From: Kiritimatiellia bacterium
GTDB taxonomy: Bacteria; Verrucomicrobiota; Kiritimatiellia; RZYC01
Length of the DNA stretch: 64,000 nt
Direction: 5' to 3'
Assembly (NCBI GenBank): GCA_028708815.1
Contig: JAQVYB010000003.1
Span: 6,267 to 70,266 of the forward strand
Shown: piece by piece, positions 27,866 to 38,165 of the stretch
Position numbering within the stretch: the stretch's first letter is position 1
Layout: each line of letters begins with the position of its first letter
Position numbers and translations under genes: made by a program
Notes under the pieces: model-generated
What the model saw: only the letters and a program-made list of their open reading frames with translations
Database searches by the model: none
What the model was told of the DNA's origin: nothing

Positions 27866-29278
27866 ATGGATGCAACAGAACATAACAGGCCGAGTTTTTC
27901 TTACAATCGTCGCTGGTTGATGAATGCTTCGGCCCTGCTTGCGGGTGATACGCTTGTGCTTGCCTTTGCCCTGCTGGCGGCGAGTATGATTCGTTATGTG
28001 ATCAAAGCGGAGCATATTCCGCCCTCACGCGGATTTTTCATCATTCCGCTTTGGTGGGCCGGGGCGGTGTTGTTGCGCTTGGCGCCCTGTTGGGGCATCG
28101 GCGCGGTGGAAAAGCTGCGGCGCTCCCAATTGCTGCTGATTGCTCTTTTCGGCATGGCGGCGGCCTTCATGTATCTGAGTAAATCAGCCGATGTGACCAG
28201 CCGTATCAAGTTTGTGGGGGCCTACCTGATTTGCGTTCCCCTGGTTCCGCTGGTGCGCTCCTGGATTACGGGCATTCTGATCGAATGCAAATGCTGGGGG
28301 GTTCCGACGGTGATCTATGGAACGAGCGAGACGGTCACGCACGCACTCGATATGATGCGCCAGGAGCCGGGCCTTGGTTATCTTCCATGTGGATTTTTTG
28401 AAGATGACATCGCCCCCGAAACCAAGTGGGATATTCCGCTGCTCGGAGGCCTTTCGCAATACACGCGCGAAGCGCCTTTTGCTCTTCTGGGTACGGCCAG
28501 TTTTCCGCAGGGCAAGCTGCAACACCTGATGGATGGTCCGCTCTCCACCTATCGTCGGCTGATCATTCTTCCGGAGCTGCTGGATTTGCCGTCGGTCTGG
28601 GTCATGGCCCGCGATTTCAACGGGGTGCTTGGGTTGGAGTTGGTGCGCAACCTGCTCAATCCGGTGGCGCGGATATTCAAGCGCGCGGTGGAAATCATCA
28701 TGGTGCTCCTGCTGGCACCGCTGTGGGTTCCGCTGACGGGCCTTTTGGCTTTGGTGATTTGGCTGCAGGACCGTGCCTCGCCCTTTTATGGTCAGGAACG
28801 GATCGGGCGTTATGGGAAGCCGTTCAGGATCCTGAAGTTTCGGACCATGGTGCTGCATGCAGAGGCGGTGCTGGAGGAGCACATTCAAAAAAATCCGGAG
28901 GTGCGCGAAGAGTGGCTGCGCGACCGCAAGCTGAAGCAGGATCCGCGCATCACCCCGATCGGGCGTACCTTGCGGCGCATGTCGCTCGATGAACTTCCAC
29001 AGCTTTTCAATGTGCTCAAGGGCGACATGGCGCTGGTTGGGCCCCGACCGCTTCCTGATTATCATCACATTGAGATCCCGGCGTCCGTGCGCTCTCTGCG
29101 TGAGCAGGTGAGCCCGGGCGTGACCGGGCTTTGGCAGGTCTCCGGGCGGAGCGATGCCGGTACGCGCGGCATGGAAAAGCTGGACACCTACTACGTGCGC
29201 AATTGGTCGATCTGGCTGGATGTGATTATTCTGGCGAAAACGATCAGCGCGGTCTGGCGCGGAGAAGGCGCTTATTGA
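27866..29278 (+). CDS. Undecaprenyl-phosphate sugar phosphotransferase (WbaP/bacterial sugar transferase family)
   Basis: N-terminal TM helices; C-terminal conserved domain (RPFRILKFRTM; DELPQLFNVLKGDMALVGPRP; GVTGLWQVSGR). Confidence 0.8.
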   Translation: MDATEHNRPSFSYNRRWLMNASALLAGDTLVLAFALLAASMIRYVIKAEHIPPSRGFFIIPLWWAGAVLLRLAPCWGIGAVEKLRRSQLLLIALFGMAAAFMYLSKSADVTSRIKFVGAYLICVPLVPLVRSWITGILIECKCWGVPTVIYGTSETVTHALDMMRQEPGLGYLPCGFFEDDIAPETKWDIPLLGGLSQYTREAPFALLGTASFPQGKLQHLMDGPLSTYRRLIILPELLDLPSVWVMARDFNGVLGLELVRNLLNPVARIFKRAVEIIMVLLLAPLWVPLTGLLALVIWLQDRASPFYGQERIGRYGKPFRILKFRTMVLHAEAVLEEHIQKNPEVREEWLRDRKLKQDPRITPIGRTLRRMSLDELPQLFNVLKGDMALVGPRPLPDYHHIEIPASVRSLREQVSPGVTGLWQVSGRSDAGTRGMEKLDTYYVRNWSIWLDVIILAKTISAVWRGEGAY

Positions 29279-29319
29279 TCGAGGTCGCACGTCCAACGCG
29301 GCGAAAGGAACAAAGGCTG

Positions 29320-29859
29320 ATGAAACGAACGCCCTGCATTTTTTTTGATCGCGACGGCATTATCAATCAATCACCAGGGCCGGGTTATGTGGAGCGCGTG
29401 GAGGATTTTCATTTGCTTCCTGATTTTCCACAGGCCCTGCGTATTGCGCAGAGCAGGGGGTATCGCGCCGTGGTGGTGACCAACCAGCGTGGAGTCGCGC
29501 TGGGTCTTGTGCATCCCCGCACGCTCGAAGCCATTCACCTTCACATGCATTCTCTTTTGGCTCAGGAGGGTCTCAAGCTGGATGGGGTGTATGTCTGCCC
29601 GCACGATCGCGGCGAGTGTACCTGCCGCAAGCCGATGCCCGGCATGTTGCTGCGCGCCGCCGAGGAATTGAACCTGGCATTGGCTCATTCCTGGATGATC
29701 GGTGATCACGAAACGGACATCACGGCGGGTCGCGTGGCGGGATGCCGTACCATTCGCGTGGGTGACTTGAGTGTGCCCAGTGAGGCCGATGAGCGCGTCT
29801 CCGACATGAGTGGTTTGCCGGCGCTGCTGGAGGCGCTCCTGCCCCGGCAATCCGTCTAG
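29320..29859 (+). CDS. gmhB: D-glycero-D-manno-heptose-1,7-bisphosphate phosphatase-like HAD hydrolase (histidinol-phosphatase subfamily)
   Basis: HAD motif I FFDRDGIIN, motif II VVTNQ; Zn-binding CxHxxxxxCxC (CPHDRGECTC); K in CRKPMPGML. Confidence 0.65.
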   Translation: MKRTPCIFFDRDGIINQSPGPGYVERVEDFHLLPDFPQALRIAQSRGYRAVVVTNQRGVALGLVHPRTLEAIHLHMHSLLAQEGLKLDGVYVCPHDRGECTCRKPMPGMLLRAAEELNLALAHSWMIGDHETDITAGRVAGCRTIRVGDLSVPSEADERVSDMSGLPALLEALLPRQSV

Positions 29860-30164
29860 CAGCCTGTCGGTCTTTCGGTGATGCAATAATCTATCTATCA
29901 CTTTGAGTCTTTCAAGGTGCGAACGATCTTCAAGGAGACAGGCTGCTGGTTAATGGATGCTATCTTCCGTTCTGCGGAGATAAATGCAAAACAATCTGGA
30001 CAGACCCCGCCGCATAGAGTAGTTGCGCCCCGATTTTACCGCTTGTTGCACAAAGGGGGTCTTCCTCCACGGAGGGGACCGGTGCCACCGCGCGGTCGGG
30101 TTGAGCTTCATGATGCGGGATGCCGGAGATTCCGGCTGGTTACAGGTTGTTAAAGGGGTGGAGA

Positions 30165-33100
30165 ATGAAAAGAAAATATCCATTTGTTTTTGAAATATGT
30201 GGCTTGTTATTATTTCTGGCCGTGCAGGTTGGCTATTCTGATGTAAATCTTCTATACAACGGGGGTTTTGAGGAGGTCCCGGGGTGGAATACGTACAGTA
30301 ACTGGATGGTTTGGGGGAATGCCCGTTGGGCTACGCAGACGGCCTTTCGTGGAACCGCATCGCTTGCCATTGACGACACTTGGCTGAAGCCGCATTACGG
30401 CGGAAGTTCCCAGCGCGTTTCAGTGGAACCGGCTGCCTACTACCAGGTTTCTTTCTACTACAACCGGGGGAGCGGTTTTAATGCCGGGAATCGTGAGTTC
30501 GAGGTGGAGTGGTTCAACGCCAATCATGAGAGCCTTTCAACCATTACGCATATACTCGGGCTGGAGGGGAACAGCGGTATCTGGCAATATTCGGGAGAAT
30601 ACGAGGTGCAGGCGCCGGCGCTTGCCGCTTTTATGGAAATACGGTTCGATTTTTCCAATACGGAAGGGGATGCCGCGCTTCATATTGACGAGGTGGAGTG
30701 TCGTCGGGTTTTCCCGGAATACGGTTTGCGGAACGGTGGTTTCGAGCAACCTTTCAACGGGAATGATCGGGGCAACTGGGTTGTCGAGGGCTCGGCTTCG
30801 CGGTCGGATTGGAATGCGTCGGCGGGGCGTTGGTCGTTGATGTTTCCCGGAAGTTGGGCGGGGGCATCCGACGGTCTCGCGCGTCAGCGGGTGGTGGTGC
30901 AGTCCGGACAGGAGTACGAGCTTGTTTTCTGCATGATCCACGATAATCAGTTTCAGGCCGTTGATGCGGATTTGATGCTGATCTGGTGCGACGCCGCAGG
31001 CGGTGAACTTTTTACGAACACTCTTCCCATGGATTTGAGTGGGGCGGAAGATGTTTGGCATACGGCAAGCCGGCGCGTTTGCGCGCCGGAGGGTGCGGTG
31101 GAGGTAACGGTCGAGGTGAAGGTGTCCGGCGCGGGAGAGTCCGGTGCGTGTTATCTCGACCATATTCATCTGGCGCCTGTGCGCTCGTATCATACCTGTT
31201 GTGACGGACGGATCCTGGATTCTTCCGGAGAGCCTTGGATACCACATGGAATCGCACTCAGCGGCTGGATGTTTCCGGAGGCTTACATGTGGGATATCGA
31301 TGGCGCGGGGCATTTGAACAGTTACAGTCAGTTGCGCCGGCGCATTGAGCGTCTGGCCGGAAGCCGTGAAAAGACGGATCTTTTCTGGGATACGTATCTC
31401 ACAAACTACCTGACCGCCACCGATATGGCCCTGCTCGCCGAGCGCGGATGCAATTCGGTCCGCATACCGTTTAATTACCGCGAATTATCGCCGGAGAATA
31501 ATCCGGGTGCTTATCTGGAAAAGGGGTTTGAGCAATTGGATCGGGTCATCGGATGGTGTGCGCAATACGGGATGAAGGTGATCCTCGATATGCACAGTTG
31601 TCCCGGTGGGCAATCGACGGTTCTTTCGGGTGATCCGGAGTATATGTACTATACCTGGAACGAGGATTGGAACGGCTGGGAAGAGCGCGGCGTGGCCGGG
31701 CTCTGGGTGTATGATCAAACCTATTTTCAGCGTACCGGACGAACGCCGGAATCCAACATCCAGCGCACCGTGGATATCTGGCGACGTATTGCGGAGCGTT
31801 ACCGCAATGAACCGGCGCTGCTCGGTTACGAGCTGATGAATGAACCGATTCTTCCTGATGTTTCGTGGAGCAACCTGCTGCGGGAAACCTGTATTCAAAT
31901 TACCGATGCCATCCGCTCCGTGGACCCTCATCACCTCATTTTTGTGCAGGGTGATTCTTTTGCCACCCGAACCGACGGGCTTTTCCCGCCTTGGGATGAC
32001 CAGATGGCGGTGGCTTTTCATTACTACTGGGAGCCTGTTTCTTCGAACCGGCCCATCGTTCAGGAATATCTGGCTTTGCGGTCGGAATGGGGTGTTCCCT
32101 TCTGGCTTGGGGAAACAGGCGAAAATTCCAATCCGTGGTTTGGGGAGATGGCGTTGCTCATGAAACAGCTGGAAATCGGATGGAACTGGTGGGGGTGGAA
32201 AAAAGTGGAATCCGATGCGGCGGTTTCTGCAGGCTACGCCATTCAAAAGACTGACGCCATGCGTTATGCTCTGGATCATTTCTGGGATGAGGCTCCTGAT
32301 CCTGAGCTCTTCTATGAGGGGATGATGGATCTGGCCGAACAGGTGAGCACGGAGCGCTGCCGCAGTCAGCCCGATTACTTCAATGCCATCTTTCAGGAAC
32401 ATTTTTTGAGTGAGGCGAAACCTTTTGTTCGGCATGAGTTGCCGGGCCGCATTGCGGCGGTGGATTATGATTCCGGTGGCGCAGGCGTTGCCTGGTATGA
32501 TGTTCATGATCAGATCCTGTATTACGGTGATGAGCCGGGAAACTTCGGGCGGGCTTATCGGAATGACGGTGTGGATATTGTGCCCTGTGACGAAGAGCCC
32601 GGCTATAAGGTGATCGGTGTTGTCGCGGGTGAATGGATGCAGTATACCGCTGAAGCACTGCACGCCGGCGTGTATGATGTGGCCCTGTGCGTGCGTGCGG
32701 TCAGCCGTCCGTCCGTTCTTTTCTGCAGCGTGAACGGGGAGGATGTGACCGGTCCGCAAAGCATCTATGCAGGGGAAGAGTGGCAGATCATTCGGGTTCC
32801 CGAAAGGCTGCTTTTAGAGGAGCAGGGCGGGAGCTGTACGGTGCGGGTGGAGGTGGTGGAGGGCGATCCGGAAATCCGCTGGATCGAAACATCTCTCAGC
32901 CCATCCGGGTTTGCGGATTACGATGGCGACGGTATGGATGATCACTGGGAGGTCGCCCACGGAGGCAATCTGAAGCCGGAGGAGGATACGGATGCCGACT
33001 CCTATGTCAACCGCGAGGAATACGCCGCCGACACCGATCCGCTCAGCGCGTCCCACTCCCCCGAACCTGTTATCCGCTTGTGCGAAGGGCGTCCCTCTCT

Positions 33101-33290
33101 ACTTGTTCCCTGTTCGTCCACCAACATCCAATATGGCGTGGAATATGCGGATGATCTGACCTCCGGTGTTTGGGAACCGCTGACCAATCAGGTGAATGGA
33201 ACCGGCGCGGAGCTCATCCTCTATTCCGGGCAGGAAGAGCCGGTCCGTTTCTTCCGGCTTCTCTCCGAAAGGCATCCGGACGGCATTTGA
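30165..33290 (+). CDS. Secreted multidomain glycoside hydrolase family 5 enzyme with N- and C-terminal CBM-like beta-sandwich domains and a calcium-binding Asp-rich segment
   Basis: Signal peptide after ATG 30165 (AGGGGTGGAG upstream); CBM4/9/22-like start (YNGGFE); GH5 catalytic motifs (acid/base in YELMNEP, nucleophile in WLGETGE); DYDGDGMDDHWE thrombospondin-type3/dockerin-like motif. Confidence 0.6.
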   Translation: MKRKYPFVFEICGLLLFLAVQVGYSDVNLLYNGGFEEVPGWNTYSNWMVWGNARWATQTAFRGTASLAIDDTWLKPHYGGSSQRVSVEPAAYYQVSFYYNRGSGFNAGNREFEVEWFNANHESLSTITHILGLEGNSGIWQYSGEYEVQAPALAAFMEIRFDFSNTEGDAALHIDEVECRRVFPEYGLRNGGFEQPFNGNDRGNWVVEGSASRSDWNASAGRWSLMFPGSWAGASDGLARQRVVVQSGQEYELVFCMIHDNQFQAVDADLMLIWCDAAGGELFTNTLPMDLSGAEDVWHTASRRVCAPEGAVEVTVEVKVSGAGESGACYLDHIHLAPVRSYHTCCDGRILDSSGEPWIPHGIALSGWMFPEAYMWDIDGAGHLNSYSQLRRRIERLAGSREKTDLFWDTYLTNYLTATDMALLAERGCNSVRIPFNYRELSPENNPGAYLEKGFEQLDRVIGWCAQYGMKVILDMHSCPGGQSTVLSGDPEYMYYTWNEDWNGWEERGVAGLWVYDQTYFQRTGRTPESNIQRTVDIWRRIAERYRNEPALLGYELMNEPILPDVSWSNLLRETCIQITDAIRSVDPHHLIFVQGDSFATRTDGLFPPWDDQMAVAFHYYWEPVSSNRPIVQEYLALRSEWGVPFWLGETGENSNPWFGEMALLMKQLEIGWNWWGWKKVESDAAVSAGYAIQKTDAMRYALDHFWDEAPDPELFYEGMMDLAEQVSTERCRSQPDYFNAIFQEHFLSEAKPFVRHELPGRIAAVDYDSGGAGVAWYDVHDQILYYGDEPGNFGRAYRNDGVDIVPCDEEPGYKVIGVVAGEWMQYTAEALHAGVYDVALCVRAVSRPSVLFCSVNGEDVTGPQSIYAGEEWQIIRVPERLLLEEQGGSCTVRVEVVEGDPEIRWIETSLSPSGFADYDGDGMDDHWEVAHGGNLKPEEDTDADSYVNREEYAADTDPLSASHSPEPVIRLCEGRPSLLVPCSSTNIQYGVEYADDLTSGVWEPLTNQVNGTGAELILYSGQEEPVRFFRLLSERHPDGI

Positions 33291-33355
33291 TTTGCCAGCC
33301 GAAGCCTTCCCCGGTATGATGCGTGTCTGTTGTCCTTATATCCATTGAGGTAATC

Positions 33356-34996
33356 ATGACGGAAGAACCACGCGAACCTGAAAGCAACGAAGACCCCGAC
33401 GTACCCGAGGAGCCCGAAGACGAACAACCCGGCAAAGAACCCCTGCGTGACGCCCTGGCTCAATTGCAGGAGATGCTGAAGGGTGCCAACATACAGTTTA
33501 TTCCCTTCGGGGGAGAGACCCGGCGGCCTCAATCCGAAAAAGGCGCCACCCCGGACCCCGAGCCCGCCGCAGAGGATCTGCTCAAGCGCGTGCGTGAATT
33601 CAACCTCAAGCCGCGCGAAGTGAAGGACTATCTGGATCGCTTTGTGATTAAGCAGGATGAAGCCAAAAAGGTGCTGTCCGTGGCCATCTGCGATCATTAC
33701 AATTACGTGCGTGAATGCCTGGAGCATCCCGGGCAGGCCGATCGCAATCACATCAAATCCAACATTCTGCTCATGGGGCCCACCGGCGTGGGCAAGACCT
33801 ATCTGATGCGCTGCATTGCCCGGTTGATCGGCGTGCCGTTTGTGAAGGCCGACATCACCAAATTCTCTGAGACCGGCTATGTCGGTTATGACGTGGAGGA
33901 CATTGTTCGTGACCTCGTGAAGTTGGCCGATGGAAATACCGACGTGGCCCAATACGGCATCATCTACATTGATGAAATTGATAAAATTGCCAATCGGTCG
34001 GGTCCCGGTGGCGGCAAGGATGTGAGTGGGCGGGGCGTCCAGGTCAACCTCCTCAAACTAATGGAGGAATCCGACGTCAATCTTTTCAGTCAGACCGACA
34101 TCATCGGCCAGATGCGCGCCATGATGGAAATGCAGCGCGGCAAGGAACAGAAGCGTACCATCAATACCCGGCACATGCTCTTCATTGTGAGCGGCGCTTT
34201 CGACCAGCTCGCTGAGCAGGTTCGAAAACGCGTGGAAAAAACCATGATCGGATTTGTGCCCGATCCCGGGCGCATCGGGCGCGACGCCACCGAATATCTG
34301 GGGCAGGCCGCCACGCGTGATTTTATTGACTACGGTTTTGAGCCTGAATTCATTGGGCGGCTTCCTGTGCGCGTGGCCTGTGATCAACTCACGCGCGATG
34401 ATCTGGAGCAGGTGCTGCTCAAATCTGAAGACAGCCTGCTCGATCAGTATCGCGCCGATTTCCGGGGCTACGGCATTTCCATGGAGATTGCTGTGGAAGC
34501 GGTGGGGCACATTGCCGAGCGGGCCTCGAAGGAAAAGACCGGCGCACGCGGACTGATGACCGTGCTTGAAACCATTTTCCGCGACTATAAATTCGAGTTG
34601 CCTTCCACCACCGTAAAGACCCTTCATCTGACCGATGTCGCGGTGACCGAGCCCCGCGAGACGTTGGATGGACTTCTTCTGGAATCCCGGCACGAGCAGG
34701 AAGCCCTCTGGCGCGAGGATGCGCGCCGCTTTGCCGAACAACTGGGACGCGAAGACGGTTTTGACATCCGCTTTGACGAGGAGGCTCTCGATCTCGTGCT
34801 GGTCCGCAGTCAGGAGGTCGGAAGAACGATCCGCGGCTACTGCGAAGAACGCTTCAAAGATCTGTTTTACGCCCTGAAGCTGATTGCGCAGCGTACCGGG
34901 AACAAGGCCTTTACCCTCACTCGGAAGCTTGTGGAAAATCCCGAACGCGAAATATCCGCGTGGGTTGTCGAGAGCTTCAAAAACGAAGTGGAATAG
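33356..34996 (+). CDS. ClpX-family AAA+ ATPase lacking the N-terminal zinc-finger domain, with acidic N-terminus
   Basis: ClpX-like motifs (Walker [16 protein letters not shown], Walker [11 protein letters not shown], sensor/arginine finger regions); no C4 zinc-binding motif; long acidic N-terminal segment. Confidence 0.6.
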   Translation: MTEEPREPESNEDPDVPEEPEDEQPGKEPLRDALAQLQEMLKGANIQFIPFGGETRRPQSEKGATPDPEPAAEDLLKRVREFNLKPREVKDYLDRFVIKQDEAKKVLSVAICDHYNYVRECLEHPGQADRNHIKSNILLMGPTGVGKTYLMRCIARLIGVPFVKADITKFSETGYVGYDVEDIVRDLVKLADGNTDVAQYGIIYIDEIDKIANRSGPGGGKDVSGRGVQVNLLKLMEESDVNLFSQTDIIGQMRAMMEMQRGKEQKRTINTRHMLFIVSGAFDQLAEQVRKRVEKTMIGFVPDPGRIGRDATEYLGQAATRDFIDYGFEPEFIGRLPVRVACDQLTRDDLEQVLLKSEDSLLDQYRADFRGYGISMEIAVEAVGHIAERASKEKTGARGLMTVLETIFRDYKFELPSTTVKTLHLTDVAVTEPRETLDGLLLESRHEQEALWREDARRFAEQLGREDGFDIRFDEEALDLVLVRSQEVGRTIRGYCEERFKDLFYALKLIAQRTGNKAFTLTRKLVENPEREISAWVVESFKNEVE

Positions 34997-35069
34997 GTGC
35001 TCCGAGGGAGCGTTCCAATGGTTGGAAAACAAAAAGGACGTTGGAGAAAGCGCCCCCTCCGAAGGTTCA

Positions 35070-38000
35070 TCACCGGCGGTGGAAGTCTTCGAAAATCATG
35101 TAGAGGCTGGGAATGAGCAGCAGGGTGATCATGGTGGCGAAGAGGAGTCCGTAGCCGAGGGAGAGGGCCATCGGGATGAGGAATCGGGCCTGCCGGGAGG
35201 TCTCGAAGATCATGGGGGCCAGACCGCCGAAGGTGGTCAGGGTGGTCAGCAGAATGGGGCGGAATCGCTGGACGCCGGCAAGGACGACGGCATCATGCGC
35301 AGAGAGCCCTTCGCGTCGGCGGCAGTTGATGAAATCGATGAGTACGAGTGCGTCATTCACCACCACGCCGGAGAGCGCGACAATACCGATGACGCCCACC
35401 ATGCTAAGGCTGTATCCCATGATCAGGTGGCCGGCCACCGCGCCGACCAGTCCGAACGGAATGCTCATCATGACGATCAGGGGTTGCAGATAGCTCCGGA
35501 AAGGAACCGCCAGCAGCGCGTAGATGGCAATCAGGACCATCGGGATGGTCATCCAAAGACTTTTCATGCTTTTCTGATCTTCCGCCTGATGACCCTGATA
35601 GCTGTAATTCAGTCCGGGATAGCGGCGCTTGAGCGTGGGCAGGACATCGTCATCCAGGGCCTTCATGATGCGCCCGGCGCCCGAACGCGGGCGTACGTCG
35701 GCGGTGACGGTCATCGTGCGTCGGCTGTTGCGATGGGTAATGGACGTGTAGGCGCGCCCGCGCGTCATTTTCACCACATCCTGAATGGGCGCTTCACCGC
35801 CGGAGGGTGTTTTCAGCATCAAGTCCCCCAGCAGTCCTTCGCTGGTGCGCTCGTCTTTTGGAAGGCGCAGTTTGATCTTCAGCTCATCGCGTCCGCGCAG
35901 TTGGCGGACGACTTCCACGCCTTCGTAGGAGCTTCGCACCTGCTGGGCCACACTGCGTGCGGTGAGCCCAAGGCTGCGTCCCGCCGGGAGCATTTCAAAG
36001 CTGAGTTGTTCTTTGCCGCGCTGAAACCCATCGTCGATATCGCTGACCTGCGGGAAGGTGGTGAGGGCTTTGGCCAAGTCAACCGCTGCCTTTTCGAGGG
36101 TGGTGACATCGCTGTGTGTGAGTTCCACCGTTAGTGCCGACCCGCTGCCCGGGCCGCCGCGGTCCGATTGCAGGCGGATGTATTCCACGCCCTTGATCTG
36201 TCCGATCGCCTTCCGCCAGCGATTCACAAATTCCAGGGTGCCCATGATTTTATTACGGATCTTTGGATCGGCCAGGTACACGCGGATATCCGCCGAATGG
36301 CTGCCGGATCTTCCGATATGCGCAAAGGTGCCGGTGACCAACTCGGGGTGGCCGCAGTCTTTGAGCACCTGCTGCGCGGCGGCATAGACCCGGTGCACCA
36401 CGTCTTCGGTGCGCTTCACGGGGGATCCGTAGGGCAGTACGATTTCCGCATAGGCATAATCACTTTCCGCGCGTGGGAAGGTTTCAAACCCGAGGCGTCC
36501 GCTGACCATGAGGCCAATGGTCAGAGTCAGGATAGCGCAGGCAATGGCGACCACCAGGTAGCGGTGAATCAGGCATTTTTCCAGGAAGGGTGCGTAGTCA
36601 TCACGAACCCAATGAATGAACCATGCGCTGAATCGTTTTTGGCGGTTGTGTATTCGTTCGGCCAGGCCGGTACGCGGGCGATCCTTGTGATGTCCGAGGT
36701 GTGAGGGGAGGATGAAGATGCATTCAATCCAGGAGATCAGGAATACGGAGATGACCACGACCGGGATCATGCCCATGACACGGCCCATCATGCCGGGCAG
36801 AATCATTAGCGGAATGAAGGCCACCATATTGGTCAGAATGCTGAAGGCCACAGGCGAGCTGACTTCGATGGTTCCGCGTATGGCGGCCGTCAGAAACGAC
36901 TCGCCTTCCTGGTGCCGGCGATACACATTTTCGCCCACCACGATGGCATCATCCACCACGATACCAAGGGCCAGCAGATAGGCGAACATGGTCATCATAT
37001 TGATGGTTAGTCCGAACAACGGCATCAGAATCAGCGAGCCAAGGAAGGAGATTGGAATACCCATCATTACCCAGAACGCCAGGCGCAACTCCAGAAAGGA
37101 CCCCAGCAGTAAAAAGACCAGCACCAGGCCGAACGCGCCATTTTTCAGCAGCAGGGAGGCGCGCTGCCAGTAGGTATCCGCCATGTTGCGCTGAATGGCC
37201 ATATGAATGCCGTCCGGCAGGGTTTTTTCGATTTGCAGCATACAGGCTTTGGTGGCGTCGGCCACCTGAATGGGGGTCTGCTCGCCGACGCGATATATTT
37301 CCAGCATCACGGAGGGTTTTCCGTTGTAGGTGGCGAATACGTCGGAATCCTCCATGCCGTCATCAATGGTTGCAATGTCTTCGAGCAACACCTGCGTGCC
37401 ATCGGCGCCGGTCAGAATCGGGATGCGCCCGAATTCCTGCCCGTAGTCCTTTCGCTCTGTCACCCGCACCAGAATTTCGCCGGAAGCGGTTTTCAGTCCA
37501 CCGCCGGGCAGATCCACGGAGGCATTTCCAAGAATCGCAGCCATTCCCTGCAACGTGAGGTTGTAGCGGCGCAGGTTTTCCTGCGGCACGGAAATGGAGA
37601 TTTCGAGACTGCGCGTGCCGGTTACATCCACCTGGGTGATATTCGGATCTTCCAGCAATTGATCACGTACCCGTTCGGCCAGCGTCTTCAACACTTTTTC
37701 CGGCGCGTCGCCATAGAGTGCCACATTAAGCACTTCGCGGCGGTGCACCTGCAACGTGACTTCCGGACTTTCGGCATTTTCAGGAAACGTGCGGATGCGG
37801 TCGATCTCGCTTTTGATGTCCTGATACGCCTGAATACTGTCGGCATTCTCCAGCAGCTTGACTCTGATGGAGGCGGAACCTTCGTTGGCGCTGGAGTTGA
37901 TTTCCTCCACGTTGGCGATGCCGGTAAGCGCTTCTTCCACGGCCAGCACGATGCCCTTTTCCACCTCTTCGGGGCTGGCGCCCGGATAGGAAACGCTGAT

Positions 38001-38165
38001 CGAAACAATGTTCTCGTCCAGGTCCGGAAAGACTTCCTGTGTGATGGAGGTGAATGCAAAGATCCCGCCCACCAGAAAAAACAGCATGAGCAGATTGGCG
38101 GCCACGTTGTTTTTGGTCATCCAGGCGATCGGGCCGCGCAGTTCCTCAGAAGCATCGGCGCTCAT
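35070..38165 (-). CDS. RND efflux transporter permease (AcrB/HAE1 family)
   Basis: 1031 aa, 12-TM RND topology, conserved AcrB-like N-terminus and periplasmic loops. Confidence 0.85.
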   Translation of the reverse strand: MSADASEELRGPIAWMTKNNVAANLLMLFFLVGGIFAFTSITQEVFPDLDENIVSISVSYPGASPEEVEKGIVLAVEEALTGIANVEEINSSANEGSASIRVKLLENADSIQAYQDIKSEIDRIRTFPENAESPEVTLQVHRREVLNVALYGDAPEKVLKTLAERVRDQLLEDPNITQVDVTGTRSLEISISVPQENLRRYNLTLQGMAAILGNASVDLPGGGLKTASGEILVRVTERKDYGQEFGRIPILTGADGTQVLLEDIATIDDGMEDSDVFATYNGKPSVMLEIYRVGEQTPIQVADATKACMLQIEKTLPDGIHMAIQRNMADTYWQRASLLLKNGAFGLVLVFLLLGSFLELRLAFWVMMGIPISFLGSLILMPLFGLTINMMTMFAYLLALGIVVDDAIVVGENVYRRHQEGESFLTAAIRGTIEVSSPVAFSILTNMVAFIPLMILPGMMGRVMGMIPVVVISVFLISWIECIFILPSHLGHHKDRPRTGLAERIHNRQKRFSAWFIHWVRDDYAPFLEKCLIHRYLVVAIACAILTLTIGLMVSGRLGFETFPRAESDYAYAEIVLPYGSPVKRTEDVVHRVYAAAQQVLKDCGHPELVTGTFAHIGRSGSHSADIRVYLADPKIRNKIMGTLEFVNRWRKAIGQIKGVEYIRLQSDRGGPGSGSALTVELTHSDVTTLEKAAVDLAKALTTFPQVSDIDDGFQRGKEQLSFEMLPAGRSLGLTARSVAQQVRSSYEGVEVVRQLRGRDELKIKLRLPKDERTSEGLLGDLMLKTPSGGEAPIQDVVKMTRGRAYTSITHRNSRRTMTVTADVRPRSGAGRIMKALDDDVLPTLKRRYPGLNYSYQGHQAEDQKSMKSLWMTIPMVLIAIYALLAVPFRSYLQPLIVMMSIPFGLVGAVAGHLIMGYSLSMVGVIGIVALSGVVVNDALVLIDFINCRRREGLSAHDAVVLAGVQRFRPILLTTLTTFGGLAPMIFETSRQARFLIPMALSLGYGLLFATMITLLLIPSLYMIFEDFHRR

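Noticed and set aside
27185-28015. 276-aa minus-strand ORF
   Set aside because: Antisense to the repeat lipoprotein and sugar transferase genes; R/G-rich
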